Assembly (NCBI GenBank): GCA_038040455.1
Contig: JBBPIH010000005.1
Location: 99,614 to 163,613 of the forward strand
Length of the DNA stretch: 64,000 nt
Origin: Acidobacteriota bacterium
Lineage (GTDB): Bacteria > Acidobacteriota > Blastocatellia > UBA7656
Reading direction: 5' to 3'
The notes under the pieces were generated by a model that was given only the letters and a program-made list of their open reading frames with translations, was not told where the DNA came from and ran no database searches. This document shows, one piece after another, positions 41,731-51,516 of the stretch; position 1 is the stretch's first letter; each line of letters starts with the position of its first letter. Made by a program: the position numbers and the translations under genes.

Positions 41731-43046
41731 GCAACCATCTGGCCATCGCCACTGTGACTGCCACGCTCGCGCAATTTCTTCAAAGCGTCGTGGAGCAAGA
41801 TGTGTCCGGCTTGACGGTCACGACGACTCGTCCCGATGGCGCCAATGCTCCCGTCTCCGGCACCAGGGTCAACATCTACTTGTATCAGGTTACGCCGAAT
41901 GCGGCGTGGCGCAACGCCGATCTGCCGACGCGCAGTGACGACGGCAGGCTGATTCAGAAACCGCGAGCGGCGCTTGACCTGCACTACCTGCTTACCTTTT
42001 ACGGCAGTGAGGCACAGTTCGAGCCGCAGCGATTGTTGGGCAGCACGGTTCGCGCACTGCATTCTCAGCCGGTGCTGACGCGGGAGCAGATTCGGCAGAC
42101 GATCAACAGTCCGACGCTGACCTTTCTAGCGCAATCGAATCTAGCCGAAGACATCGAGCTGATTAAGTTCACGCCGACTTCGCTTTCACTCGAAGAGCTT
42201 TCAAAACTCTGGGGCGTGTTCTTCCAAACACAATACACGCTCTCGACTACGTACCAGGGGACGGTCGTGTTGATCGAAGGCGATGACGCTCCCGGCGCTC
42301 CACTGCCAGTGCTCGAACGCAATGTTTACACAGTGCCGTTCCGCGTACCTGTGATCCAGGAGATCAAGCTGGATGCCGCAACCATCGGGCCCATCACGGC
42401 GGGCAGTAGCATCGTCATCGTTGGCAGAGCGCTGGGCGGCGATGTGACACAGGTGAGCTTCGGCGGCAGCTTGCTGCCACCGGTTGTTCCCGCGTCGGTG
42501 GCCGACACCGAGATCAAACTGACGCTGCCCGCCGACCTTCGGTCTGGCGTCCAGGGCTTGCAGGTCGAGCAACAATTCTTGATGGGCACGCCGCCCGCGC
42601 CGCATCGGGGCTTTGAATCGAACGTCGCGGCGTTCGTGCTCGCGCCGGTCATCACGCAACCCACGCTGCCGAGTTTCATAACACCGGTTGATCCTGTGAC
42701 ACAACAAGTGACCCGGAAAATCTCCGTGAACTTCAAACCGATAGTCGGCAGGTCTCAGCGAGTGACGCTGTTGTTGAACGAATTCAATCCGCCAGCGACT
42801 CGGGCTCCGCGCAGTTTCATCCTTAGTGCGCCGAGGGATAACGGCATCCCCGTCGACAACCAGGGTAACCCCATCAACAACCAGCAGGACACAGCTACGA
42901 TCGATTTTGAAATCAAAGGCGTACCGGCCGGTGATTATCTGGTGCGCACGCAGGTGGACGGCGCGGAAAGCCCGCTGGAGCGTGATTTGAACAACGCCAG
43001 CCCGACCTTCAATCAATTCATCGGGCCGCAGGTAACAATCCCATGA
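41727..43046 (+). CDS. DUF4255 / Pvc16-Afp16-like cap protein with C-terminal Ig-like domains
   Basis: MSNHLAIATVT, VNIYLYQV..NAAWRN, LDLHYLLT, EELSKLW. Confidence 0.88.
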   Translation: MSNHLAIATVTATLAQFLQSVVEQDVSGLTVTTTRPDGANAPVSGTRVNIYLYQVTPNAAWRNADLPTRSDDGRLIQKPRAALDLHYLLTFYGSEAQFEPQRLLGSTVRALHSQPVLTREQIRQTINSPTLTFLAQSNLAEDIELIKFTPTSLSLEELSKLWGVFFQTQYTLSTTYQGTVVLIEGDDAPGAPLPVLERNVYTVPFRVPVIQEIKLDAATIGPITAGSSIVIVGRALGGDVTQVSFGGSLLPPVVPASVADTEIKLTLPADLRSGVQGLQVEQQFLMGTPPAPHRGFESNVAAFVLAPVITQPTLPSFITPVDPVTQQVTRKISVNFKPIVGRSQRVTLLLNEFNPPATRAPRSFILSAPRDNGIPVDNQGNPINNQQDTATIDFEIKGVPAGDYLVRTQVDGAESPLERDLNNASPTFNQFIGPQVTIP

Positions 43047-45244
43047 ACGACGCGAATCAATGGCACGAAGACAATGCACGGTTTCTTTCAGCGGCGCTCG
43101 CGTGGTTGCGGCTGCGGCTTGAGACGCAGGCCCTTCGCGAATCGGGCCATTGGCACTCGGTCAGCGAATTGCCCGCGCCCGCAACTCAGCCTCAAGAGCC
43201 ATCGCTGTTTGCCCGCTTAAAGGGACAGAAACCGTCAGCGGCGGCTGCCCCAATGGCGAGCCGGCCTGTCGGGCTACTGCCCCCGGCTGATAAGCAGATC
43301 AGCGATGAACAGCTCGCGCAGGCCGCGGCTGAGATGGAAGCTGCCGCGGCGATTGATCCGCCCCCGGCCCTGCATATTCTGGCTCAGCGATTCGGGTTAT
43401 CCCGCTTTGAGAGCGACGTGCTTCTGCTATGCGCGGGAATGGAGCTGGACACCGCAGTGGCGGGGCTGTGCGGTCTGACTCAGGGCAATCCGAATCGCCC
43501 TTATCCCACTTTTGCGCTGGCTCTGACGCTGTTTGATGAACCGGTCTGGGAAGCGCTCTCGCCCGAACGGCCGCTACGTTATTGGCGGCTCATCGAAATC
43601 AATCAGCCGGGCGCCGAGCCGCTGACCACCAGCGCATTGCGCGCAGATGAGCGCATAGTGAATTACCTGAAGGGCTTGAACTATCTCGATGATCGTCTGG
43701 CTCCGTTGTTGGTTCCGGTCGAGCCTGCGCACGGCGTGATGCCGCTTCCTGCGTCGCAGCAGAAGGCAGTCGAGACAATCCTCGGCCGGCTTGAGCAGGC
43801 AAAGCAGACTGCGCGGCTCCCGGTCATTCAATTGCCCGGCAAGGATTCTTCCAGCAAACAACTGATCGCGTGGCAGGCGGCCAACTCGCTCGGGTTGCAT
43901 CTTTACCGTTTGCCGGCTGAGTGGCTGCCGGGAAATGCGGGTGAGCTGGAAACGCTGGCGCGATTCCTCAACCGCGAGAGCATTCTGATTCCGGTGGCTT
44001 TCTATCTGGACGCCTCCGAGGCCGACAAGCCCGCCGCCGAATCGCCCGAAAGCAACCGGTCATCAGCCTTACCTCGGTTTCTTTCGCGCATCAGTTGTCT
44101 CTTTTTTCTGGACACGCGTGACGTGCGCCAATTGTCATCAAGCGAAGCCATCACGCTCGACGTAGGCAAACCAACGCGAGCCGAACAGCAGACGGCGTGG
44201 GCGCAAGCGCTGGGTGATTCAGCCGCCGATAGTCCGGCGCTGCTCGCGGGCCAATTCAATCTGGGCCTGCCGGAGATCGATCGCATAGCGGGCGCGGTGG
44301 CCGGCGCAGCCCCGGACGCGGCGATGGATGACACGCGCACGCGGCACCAGCGGCTCTGGGACGGATGTCTGGCCAGCACGCGCCCACGGCTCGACGAGTT
44401 GGCGCAGCGGCTCGACGCCAAAGCAACGTGGAATGATATCGTGCTGCCGCCCCAGGAGGCCCGACTGCTTCATCAGATCGCCGCCCAGGTCAGCCAGCGC
44501 GCGAAGGTCTATGAGGATTGGGGCTTCAGTCAGAAGATGAACCGCGGTCTGGGCATCAGCGCGCTGTTTGCCGGAGACAGCGGCACAGGCAAAACGATGG
44601 CCGCCGAAGTCATCGCCAACGAGTTGCGCCTGAATCTCTACCGCATAGATCTGTCCGCGGTTGTCAGCAAGTACATCGGCGAAACTGAAAAGAACCTGCG
44701 CCGTCTATTCGACGCAGCCGAAGACGGCGGCGCGATTCTGTTCTTCGACGAAGCCGACGCCCTGTTTGGCAAACGCAGTGAAGTTCGCGACAGCCACGAC
44801 CGCTACGCCAACATCGAGATCAATTACCTGTTGCAACGTTTGGAGGCTTACCGGGGCCTGGCGATTCTGGCGACGAATATGAAGAACGCGCTGGATGCGG
44901 CGTTCACGCGCCGCCTGCGCTTTATCGTCACCTTCCCCTTCCCCGGCTTGGCCGAGCGGCGCGAAATCTGGCGCAAGGTCTTTCCGACACAAACCTTGAC
45001 CAAGGGATTGGATTTCGACCGTCTGGCCCGGCTCAACCTGACCGGCGGAAACGTTCACAACGTCGCGCTGAACGCGGCCTTCCTGGCTGCCAAAGCAAAC
45101 CAGCCGGTGACGATGCCGCTGATCTTCGACGCTGCGCGCGCGGAGTTCGGCAAACTCGAGCGCCCGGTGAGCGAAGCCGATTTGTACTGGCCCGCGGAAG
45201 CAGACCCGGAGACTGGGCGAGCGCAAAGCAAGGGGGCCGCTTGA
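43043..45244 (+). CDS. eCIS AAA+ ATPase (Afp15/Pvc15-like)
   Basis: GDSGTGKT, VSKYIGETEKNL, FFDEAD, DRYANIE, ATN. Confidence 0.93.
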   Translation: MNDANQWHEDNARFLSAALAWLRLRLETQALRESGHWHSVSELPAPATQPQEPSLFARLKGQKPSAAAAPMASRPVGLLPPADKQISDEQLAQAAAEMEAAAAIDPPPALHILAQRFGLSRFESDVLLLCAGMELDTAVAGLCGLTQGNPNRPYPTFALALTLFDEPVWEALSPERPLRYWRLIEINQPGAEPLTTSALRADERIVNYLKGLNYLDDRLAPLLVPVEPAHGVMPLPASQQKAVETILGRLEQAKQTARLPVIQLPGKDSSSKQLIAWQAANSLGLHLYRLPAEWLPGNAGELETLARFLNRESILIPVAFYLDASEADKPAAESPESNRSSALPRFLSRISCLFFLDTRDVRQLSSSEAITLDVGKPTRAEQQTAWAQALGDSAADSPALLAGQFNLGLPEIDRIAGAVAGAAPDAAMDDTRTRHQRLWDGCLASTRPRLDELAQRLDAKATWNDIVLPPQEARLLHQIAAQVSQRAKVYEDWGFSQKMNRGLGISALFAGDSGTGKTMAAEVIANELRLNLYRIDLSAVVSKYIGETEKNLRRLFDAAEDGGAILFFDEADALFGKRSEVRDSHDRYANIEINYLLQRLEAYRGLAILATNMKNALDAAFTRRLRFIVTFPFPGLAERREIWRKVFPTQTLTKGLDFDRLARLNLTGGNVHNVALNAAFLAAKANQPVTMPLIFDAARAEFGKLERPVSEADLYWPAEADPETGRAQSKGAA

Positions 45245-45498
45245 AGATCAATGTTCAAATCGAGCGATTGATTTTGGACGGGTTGCCCATGGAGCGCCAT
45301 CACGGTCCGCTGCTGAAAGCTGCCGTGGAGGCGGAATTGGGCCGTCTCCTCGCGGCCGATGGATTGGCAGACAGTTTGATGTCGGGTGGCGCGATGCCTT
45401 CAATGCGTGCTCCCGGTATTCGCCTGCCGAGTGACAGCAACCCGACCCGACTGGGTCAACAGATCGGCCGCGCGGTCTATGGAGGCATCGGCCGATGA
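45241..45498 (+). CDS. Small eCIS-associated protein
   Basis: INVQIERLILDGL...LGQQIGRAVYG; overlaps both neighbours. Confidence 0.75.
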   Translation: MKINVQIERLILDGLPMERHHGPLLKAAVEAELGRLLAADGLADSLMSGGAMPSMRAPGIRLPSDSNPTRLGQQIGRAVYGGIGR

Positions 45499-47339
45499 AT
45501 CGCCAGGCTGCATCGCAGACGCATCAAGAATCCGCCGCGGTGCCTCTTCTTGCTAGCGGCACCCTTCAGCGCAAGTGCGATTGTGGGCAACACACGATTG
45601 CCGGCGGCGAGTGTGATGAATGCGGAAAAAAACACCTTTCGCTTCAACGCGCAACTCAAAACTCGGAACTCGAAACCCGAAACTCCGGCGGCGTGCCGCC
45701 GATTGTTCATGAAGTGCTGCGCTCACCGGGTCAACCTCTCGATGCACAGACGAGAGCTCTTATGGAACCGCGTTTCGGCCATGACTTTAGCAACGTGCGC
45801 GTTCACGCGGATGCGAAAGGAGCCGAATCTGCCAGGGCTGTTCGTGCGCTGGCTTACACGGTAGGGCCTGATGTCGTATTCGGGGCCGGCCAATATGCAT
45901 TGAGCACGAAATCCGGGCAAAGCTTGTTGGCCCACGAACTAACTCATGTCGTCCAACAGACCTCCTCCGTTTCCACCTTGCAGGCGGAACTCGAGGTTGG
46001 AGCACCTCACAGTCCGGCTGAGATCGAGGCGGATCAGAGAGCGCATGACGTCATGCAAGACATTCCGCTCGGGAACATCCGGGCAGATGCTCCGACCCTT
46101 CGCAGGCAGGATCTCATTGACGTGGAATTGGTGCCAGTTACGCGCGAAGCCCAAGAAGAAAACAAAAAGCTGGGTATTGATCTACCAACGGTTAGCCATG
46201 GAGTTTGGCGCATCATCGGCGGCGTTGCCGACAACGCGAAAAAGACTCTGATCGAGCCTGAAAAGAAGAATATTCAGACCGTTCTCAAGAACGCGAAGAT
46301 CCCGGCAGGAACTCCTCTAGCCTCACCTCTCGGCGGCAGATTTTTGTTGCATGACACTTCAGCAGCCGTTGCGCCTGGGGCGATTCAGGCGCAGCAAACC
46401 AAAGGGCGTGGCCCCCTCGGCTCCGGCGTTAGCGCTTACGTTCCTGCCCAGGGCGCCGCTACCATCACGCGGCCTAATTTCTTTGAGGCGCGCCGTCCTT
46501 CGACTTCCGAGTTTGAGAAGAATCTTGAAAGCTTTGCCCAACCTGCGGACAAAACGCTGTCGTCTGGTGCGAAGATTAAGGCCTGGAAGAAAAGACGAGA
46601 CGTCCTATTTCGCGACGTGTGGAACGCCACACAGCCGTCAAAGCAAACTGGAGCATTTAACAAGGCTCTCGCGGGAACTCAATTGACGGCGACAGAGATA
46701 AAAGAAGAAAGGACGGGTAACAACAAAAAGCGAGATGATGACGATTTCAACCCGGGTGTGGACGCCGCCCTGAAAGCCGGATCGACGGAGAAGATTACAA
46801 CTAGCAGTGCGTGGACCGTCGAAGAGATTTGTAAGCTAGTCACTCCCGCCACCGTTAGTTCAGTGGCTGTTGCGGGACAAGAATCAAACTTGACAAGCAA
46901 CTGTGCATCGCTGTCCGCCTTTTTCACCGAACGCAACTTGCGGGTTTCTTCGACCGTGCCTGTCGAAATCGTGCAGCCTGGCGTAAAAAAGGGGGCTACG
47001 AACCAGAATACTTGCGATCCAACCAACCCTGACATCATACCCCTGTCAAATCCGCCCTACTCAGCAGACCAATATAACAATATTGCGCTGTTATACCTGC
47101 GCGCCGCCAATATTGCCGGTATGTTTCCGGAAATTACGACTCACTTTGTCGTTGATGCATTTATTCAGGGGCACTGCGATCCGAGGTGTTTCAATCTTAA
47201 CCAACTGTACGATGTAATCTCCGGGACAATGGGACATGGCAAGGGTAGCACCTACGGCGTGAAGCCAAGTTACGGAAGACGTTGGGGAACCGATAGCGTG
47301 TGGTGGAACGATACTATCTGCCACGGTCCCCATCCTTAA
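45495..47339 (+). CDS. DUF4157 protein 1 with C-terminal Amidase_2-like domain
   Basis: LQRKCDCG..CxxC leader; GQPLD..MEPRFGHDFSNVRVH..AYTVG..LLAHELTHVVQQ; C-terminal LLHDT...VEIV...YSADQY...ITTH...HCDP. Confidence 0.85.
   Translation: MNRQAASQTHQESAAVPLLASGTLQRKCDCGQHTIAGGECDECGKKHLSLQRATQNSELETRNSGGVPPIVHEVLRSPGQPLDAQTRALMEPRFGHDFSNVRVHADAKGAESARAVRALAYTVGPDVVFGAGQYALSTKSGQSLLAHELTHVVQQTSSVSTLQAELEVGAPHSPAEIEADQRAHDVMQDIPLGNIRADAPTLRRQDLIDVELVPVTREAQEENKKLGIDLPTVSHGVWRIIGGVADNAKKTLIEPEKKNIQTVLKNAKIPAGTPLASPLGGRFLLHDTSAAVAPGAIQAQQTKGRGPLGSGVSAYVPAQGAATITRPNFFEARRPSTSEFEKNLESFAQPADKTLSSGAKIKAWKKRRDVLFRDVWNATQPSKQTGAFNKALAGTQLTATEIKEERTGNNKKRDDDDFNPGVDAALKAGSTEKITTSSAWTVEEICKLVTPATVSSVAVAGQESNLTSNCASLSAFFTERNLRVSSTVPVEIVQPGVKKGATNQNTCDPTNPDIIPLSNPPYSADQYNNIALLYLRAANIAGMFPEITTHFVVDAFIQGHCDPRCFNLNQLYDVISGTMGHGKGSTYGVKPSYGRRWGTDSVWWNDTICHGPHP
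45653..45687 (+). repeat. Five tandem AACTCGA-like heptamers (also at 47574-47608)
   Basis: AACTCAA AACTCGG AACTCGA AACCCGA AACTCCG. Confidence 0.7.
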
Positions 47340-47412
47340 CACTGTGTGGCCTGCCATCGGCCTTTTAGTGTGAACTTTCTTGACTCGATCACGGTCGCAA
47401 CAGAGTGATTTT

Positions 47413-47640
47413 ATGAGCGCAAACTCGCACGGCGAAGTGAAGTATAGAGCCAACTCAGACTTGCTCGTGTCCTCGTTCTCGAACACTGTGCTTCAGCGCG
47501 CCTGCGGTCAGCACACTATTGCGGACGGCGAGTGCGCCGAGTGCAACAAGATGCACCTATCGCTTCAACGCGCAACTCGAAACTCGGAACTCGAAATCAG
47601 CAACTCGAACAGGGTATCGCCGTTGTGCCCGATGTGCAAT
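47413..47640 (+). pseudogene. Orphan, degenerate copy of the DUF4157 leader
   Basis: LQRACGQHTIADGECAECNKMHLSLQRATRNSELE closely matches the protein 1 leader, then breaks off before the DUF4157 core. Confidence 0.7.
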
Positions 47641-47705
47641 TTGTCCTACGAGAGTGAGCGCATCCGGGCAACAAGGCGAACTGAAACCACAAAAACGGAG
47701 GAATT

Positions 47706-48386
47706 ATGAGCAGAGAAATCGATCGTCGAGACCACAGCATCAACCGAGTCACGCCCCTGCGCGAGGCCGAAATGCACGAACGTGCGGCAGCCGCTTCGGA
47801 TCGTTTGCCGGGCGCTCATCGCGTTCGAATAGCGGGACTGGACCCTAATACCGGCAACCCGGCCCTGATCGCTTCGGAAAGCGCGCCGGCCGAGGAGGGC
47901 AACTATGTCCAGCGCGCCATGGACCACGTCCGGGGTCTCAGCGGAGTGCTGGGTTTAGCAGCAGACCAACCAAAAGAGTACCAGGCCGATCCGGATTATC
48001 AGGAGACCAGCAGCGGCTCGGTGGCGGTGCATTTGCAGCAGCGTTACAAGGGCATTCCCATTTTCCAGGCGGCCGAGACGGTACGTTTTGAACCGGGCGG
48101 TGCGATTCAGGAAACCGTCGGCAGCAGCATCACCATCCCCGAGGAAGTGACGGTGTCGTCGGCATTGACCGTCGAGCAGGCCATGCTCAAGGCCGCTCAG
48201 CACGTGGCATGATAAATCGGGAGGCAGCGAAGACAACCTGATACGTAGCTTTGACTCAGTTTCCAGCCCGGCCCTGGCGCCGTTGATAGGACAGGCAACT
48301 CAGGGCAACTGGACATTGCGCGTCCGCGACCTGGCGCGCAGGACGTAGGGAAGCTTAACCGGTGGAGTCTGGATCTGGCGCTCTAG
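47706..48386 (+). pseudogene. Internally deleted M36/M4-type metallopeptidase (FTP propeptide joined to P-domain tail)
   Basis: 47706..48212 has the FTP motif VHLQQRYKGIPIF. Immediately after, another frame reads HDKSGGSEDNL...GNWTLRVRDLA-QDVGKLNRWSLDLAL* (P-domain). The catalytic domain is absent. Confidence 0.7.
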
Positions 48387-48588
48387 GGGCGCCGCAATTG
48401 CAGGCGTGCGCGGACAGACACTTCAAGGGGCGTGGCGACTGAAGGTTGCCAACCTGGAAGCAGTAGACGAGGGAAAGCTAAGGCGTTGGAGCTTGAAGAT
48501 CGTGCGCAAACCGTAAGCCTATTTTGGCGGCGCTTCGTGCGGGCGGACTGAACAGAGCAGAGACAAGACAGCACAAGGAACAGAAACA

Positions 48589-49851
48589 TTGAGAATGCAG
48601 TTGCAGCCCAAGACCAAGTTCACGCCAGTGATTCCGGCGCCTCTTCACGGTGGCATGTTGCAGCGCGAGTGTGCCTGCGGCCAGCACACAGTCGCCGGAG
48701 GCGAGTGTTCGGCGTGTAGCAAAGAACGCGAGGCCAGCTTGCAGCGCTCCGCGCTTAGTCGTGAGCGTGGCAATGGGCATGACAACGCTGTGCCGACCAT
48801 CGTGCCCGAAGTGCTGCGCGCACCGGGGCAGCCGCTCGACGCAGCCACGCGCGCGTTTATGGAGCCGCGCTTCGGCCATGACTTCAGCCATGTGCGAGTG
48901 CATACAGATGCGCGAGCAATGGAGTCGGCGCGCACGGTGAATGCGCTGGCCTACACAGTCGGCAACAATATAGTTTTCGGAGGGGGACAATACGCGCCGG
49001 GGGCAACGTCGGGAAGCCGACTCCTCGCTCACGAGTTGACGCATGTCTTGCAGCAGGAAGCTGCCGGTTTGAGCTCTGTCCAGACCAAGCTGCCAGTGGA
49101 TCAGCCCGGAAGCCCGTTTGAACGAGAAGCTGATTTCATGGCCGATGCTATCACGCGCCGGCCCTCATCGCCGCTGAACGGACACAAGGGCACCACATTG
49201 CCGTATCGCGAGGCGACTGAGCTAGCGACATGCATACGGATCATGGGAGAGGGGAACACTGATTATTGTCGTCAGGTGGTGCTCGGCGAGAAGCCGAAGC
49301 CTACTGAGAAGGCATCAATGTGGACTCGTAAACATACAAAGGGGCCAAGATTAATGGATGGAGACAGGCCTTCTTATCAGGTTTGGTTTGATCACATCCC
49401 TCCCGCTGTGCCGAATGGTGTGACACAGACGTGGCAGGTTGTTGAGACTACAAAGACATTCTTAACTGATAAATGCGAATTCAAAACTGAGCAGGATTTT
49501 ATGATTGACGTTGTCAACATTGGTAATCGCAAGGAGATACCTGATAACTGGGTATGGATTAGAAGGGAGGACCCCTGTTTTGCGATGGAAGTGAGCAAAG
49601 CCACGATAGGATTTGATGACCAGAAAAGCAATCTTGCTGAACAGACCAGTGTTGCCGCGACGGAAAAGCTTGCAAAAGATACGTTAGATAACATGACTGG
49701 CCCAAAGGGCACCTATTCCGGCATCTATACCTTCGTCAAGAGTAAGAATTGCAAAGACTGTCCTGAAACGCTAAAGGAACTACAGGAGAAGAATAAAGCG
49801 CCGAATGGGGAAGCCTTGACAATCGAAGGGGTCGGTAGTTGGCCGTCTTAG
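48589..49851 (+). CDS. DUF4157 protein 2 with unknown C-terminal domain
   Basis: LQRECACG leader; HELTH core; unrecognised beta-rich C-terminus. Confidence 0.85.
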   Translation: MRMQLQPKTKFTPVIPAPLHGGMLQRECACGQHTVAGGECSACSKEREASLQRSALSRERGNGHDNAVPTIVPEVLRAPGQPLDAATRAFMEPRFGHDFSHVRVHTDARAMESARTVNALAYTVGNNIVFGGGQYAPGATSGSRLLAHELTHVLQQEAAGLSSVQTKLPVDQPGSPFEREADFMADAITRRPSSPLNGHKGTTLPYREATELATCIRIMGEGNTDYCRQVVLGEKPKPTEKASMWTRKHTKGPRLMDGDRPSYQVWFDHIPPAVPNGVTQTWQVVETTKTFLTDKCEFKTEQDFMIDVVNIGNRKEIPDNWVWIRREDPCFAMEVSKATIGFDDQKSNLAEQTSVAATEKLAKDTLDNMTGPKGTYSGIYTFVKSKNCKDCPETLKELQEKNKAPNGEALTIEGVGSWPS

Positions 49852-49959
49852 TGTGAATGAACAGATTTTGGCGGACAGGAGGCCAGAGTCAAACTGGATG
49901 CATAAGAGAGGCAAAAACGCGGGGCACGGTTACCTCAACGTCTATGCCGGGCTCAGGTA

Positions 49960-51375
49960 ATGAGTATGAGCATGCAAACCAAAGCAAAAGCCGCATCACC
50001 TCCCGTGGGCCCATTCACCTTGATGCCTTCTCACATCCTGCAGCGCAAGTGCGCATCGTGCGGACAACACACTGTAGCGGGCGGCGGATGCTCCGACTGC
50101 GAGAAGAAGGAGGGCTTGCTACAGCGCAGCGCATTGAGCAATGAAACGGCAAGCGAAGTGCCGCCGCTTGTCCACGAGGTGCTCAGCTCATCGGGGCAGC
50201 CGCTTGACGCAGCCACGCGCGCCTTCATGGAGCCGCGCTTTGGCCACGACTTCAGTCGCGTTCGGGTACACGCGGATACAAGGGCAGCGGAGTCGGCGCG
50301 AGCGGTGAATGCACTGGCTTACACAGTTGGCAACAAGGTGGTGTTAGGCGAGGGACAATATGCACCGCGCACGATCGAGGGCCGCAGGCTGATGGCTCAT
50401 GAACTCGCGCACACTGTTCAGCAATCCTCGGCGCACTATGTCCACGGAGCGCCGCTGCAGGTGTCTCACGAAGACAGCGCCGGCGAGCGCGAGGCCGATG
50501 CCGCCGCGTCGCTGATAGATTCGGGAGTTGCGGCCACCGGACTCTCGCTAGCTCAACTCCAAGTTCAGCGAAGCCCGCAGACCTCTGACGACATTCACGG
50601 TCCCGTGATCGAGGATTATCGCCGCAAACATGGGCTGCCGCCCGGTGGCGTTGATGAATCCGGCCAACGGGTGGGTCCGAGCGACGCCCAAATCAAATAC
50701 CATCAGGGTCGGACGGCGCCGCTCTGCCCTGAGGTCCCCCCTGGCTCGACAGGTCTCGACTTCCGCATAGCCGCATGCTCCCGTCCGTCGCCGCCGGGAA
50801 CTCCGGCCGAATGTGAATTCAGACCGGGACAACTCAAAGCATTGCGGTCTGCCCAAAGCGAGGCCGCCGGGCGCGTCCGGCGTGCAAAAGATCGCGTTGG
50901 CGCCGGCCCGGAAGGGCGAAAGTTGGCCGGAGAACTCGCGACGCGATTATTCGTTGCCGACGCCCCGTCGCCGGCTACTGTAGTCAACATTCTCGGCAAG
51001 GTCGGATCACTTCTTTCGGGCAGCGATGTCCGGTTCGCCGGCCGAACCTGCGCGGACGAAACGTGTAAGATACCGCCCACGGTTGGCTATGTTACCGCTC
51101 CGGGCCAATTGCCGATTTTCATCTGCCCGGTCGCGTTCCACGAACCCGAGACTCTTTTTCGAACGGTGCTGCACGAGGCGTTGCATTGGGCGGGTATCGT
51201 CGTCGATCCGCGCCTGCCCGAGATTTATTGCTCGGAGTTCGACTGCCAGGCGCCATGCGGGACCGCGGACGTCGCCGATGCGTGGATGCACTACATTAGC
51301 TGTCTGGGGGAACCGCTGACGCTGCGGCGAAGCTTCATACCGGAAATGGTGAAATCGGTGGAGGACATCGATTGA
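49960..51375 (+). CDS. DUF4157 protein 3 with M35-like (HEXXH) metalloprotease C-terminus
   Basis: LQRKCASCG leader; HELAH core; IFICPVAF...TVLHEALH...ADAW. Confidence 0.85.
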   Translation: MSMSMQTKAKAASPPVGPFTLMPSHILQRKCASCGQHTVAGGGCSDCEKKEGLLQRSALSNETASEVPPLVHEVLSSSGQPLDAATRAFMEPRFGHDFSRVRVHADTRAAESARAVNALAYTVGNKVVLGEGQYAPRTIEGRRLMAHELAHTVQQSSAHYVHGAPLQVSHEDSAGEREADAAASLIDSGVAATGLSLAQLQVQRSPQTSDDIHGPVIEDYRRKHGLPPGGVDESGQRVGPSDAQIKYHQGRTAPLCPEVPPGSTGLDFRIAACSRPSPPGTPAECEFRPGQLKALRSAQSEAAGRVRRAKDRVGAGPEGRKLAGELATRLFVADAPSPATVVNILGKVGSLLSGSDVRFAGRTCADETCKIPPTVGYVTAPGQLPIFICPVAFHEPETLFRTVLHEALHWAGIVVDPRLPEIYCSEFDCQAPCGTADVADAWMHYISCLGEPLTLRRSFIPEMVKSVEDID

Positions 51376-51516
51376 AGCACGACCAGGTAATGAGAGGTCT
51401 GAGAAGAAGCGTTGACCTGAAGACGTCTTGATGATGGCGGCCGAAGCACGGCCGATTCTGTTGAAAGGGCGAAGCGGAATGATGGGACGACGAACAGGCT
51501 GATGAGGAATTAACTG

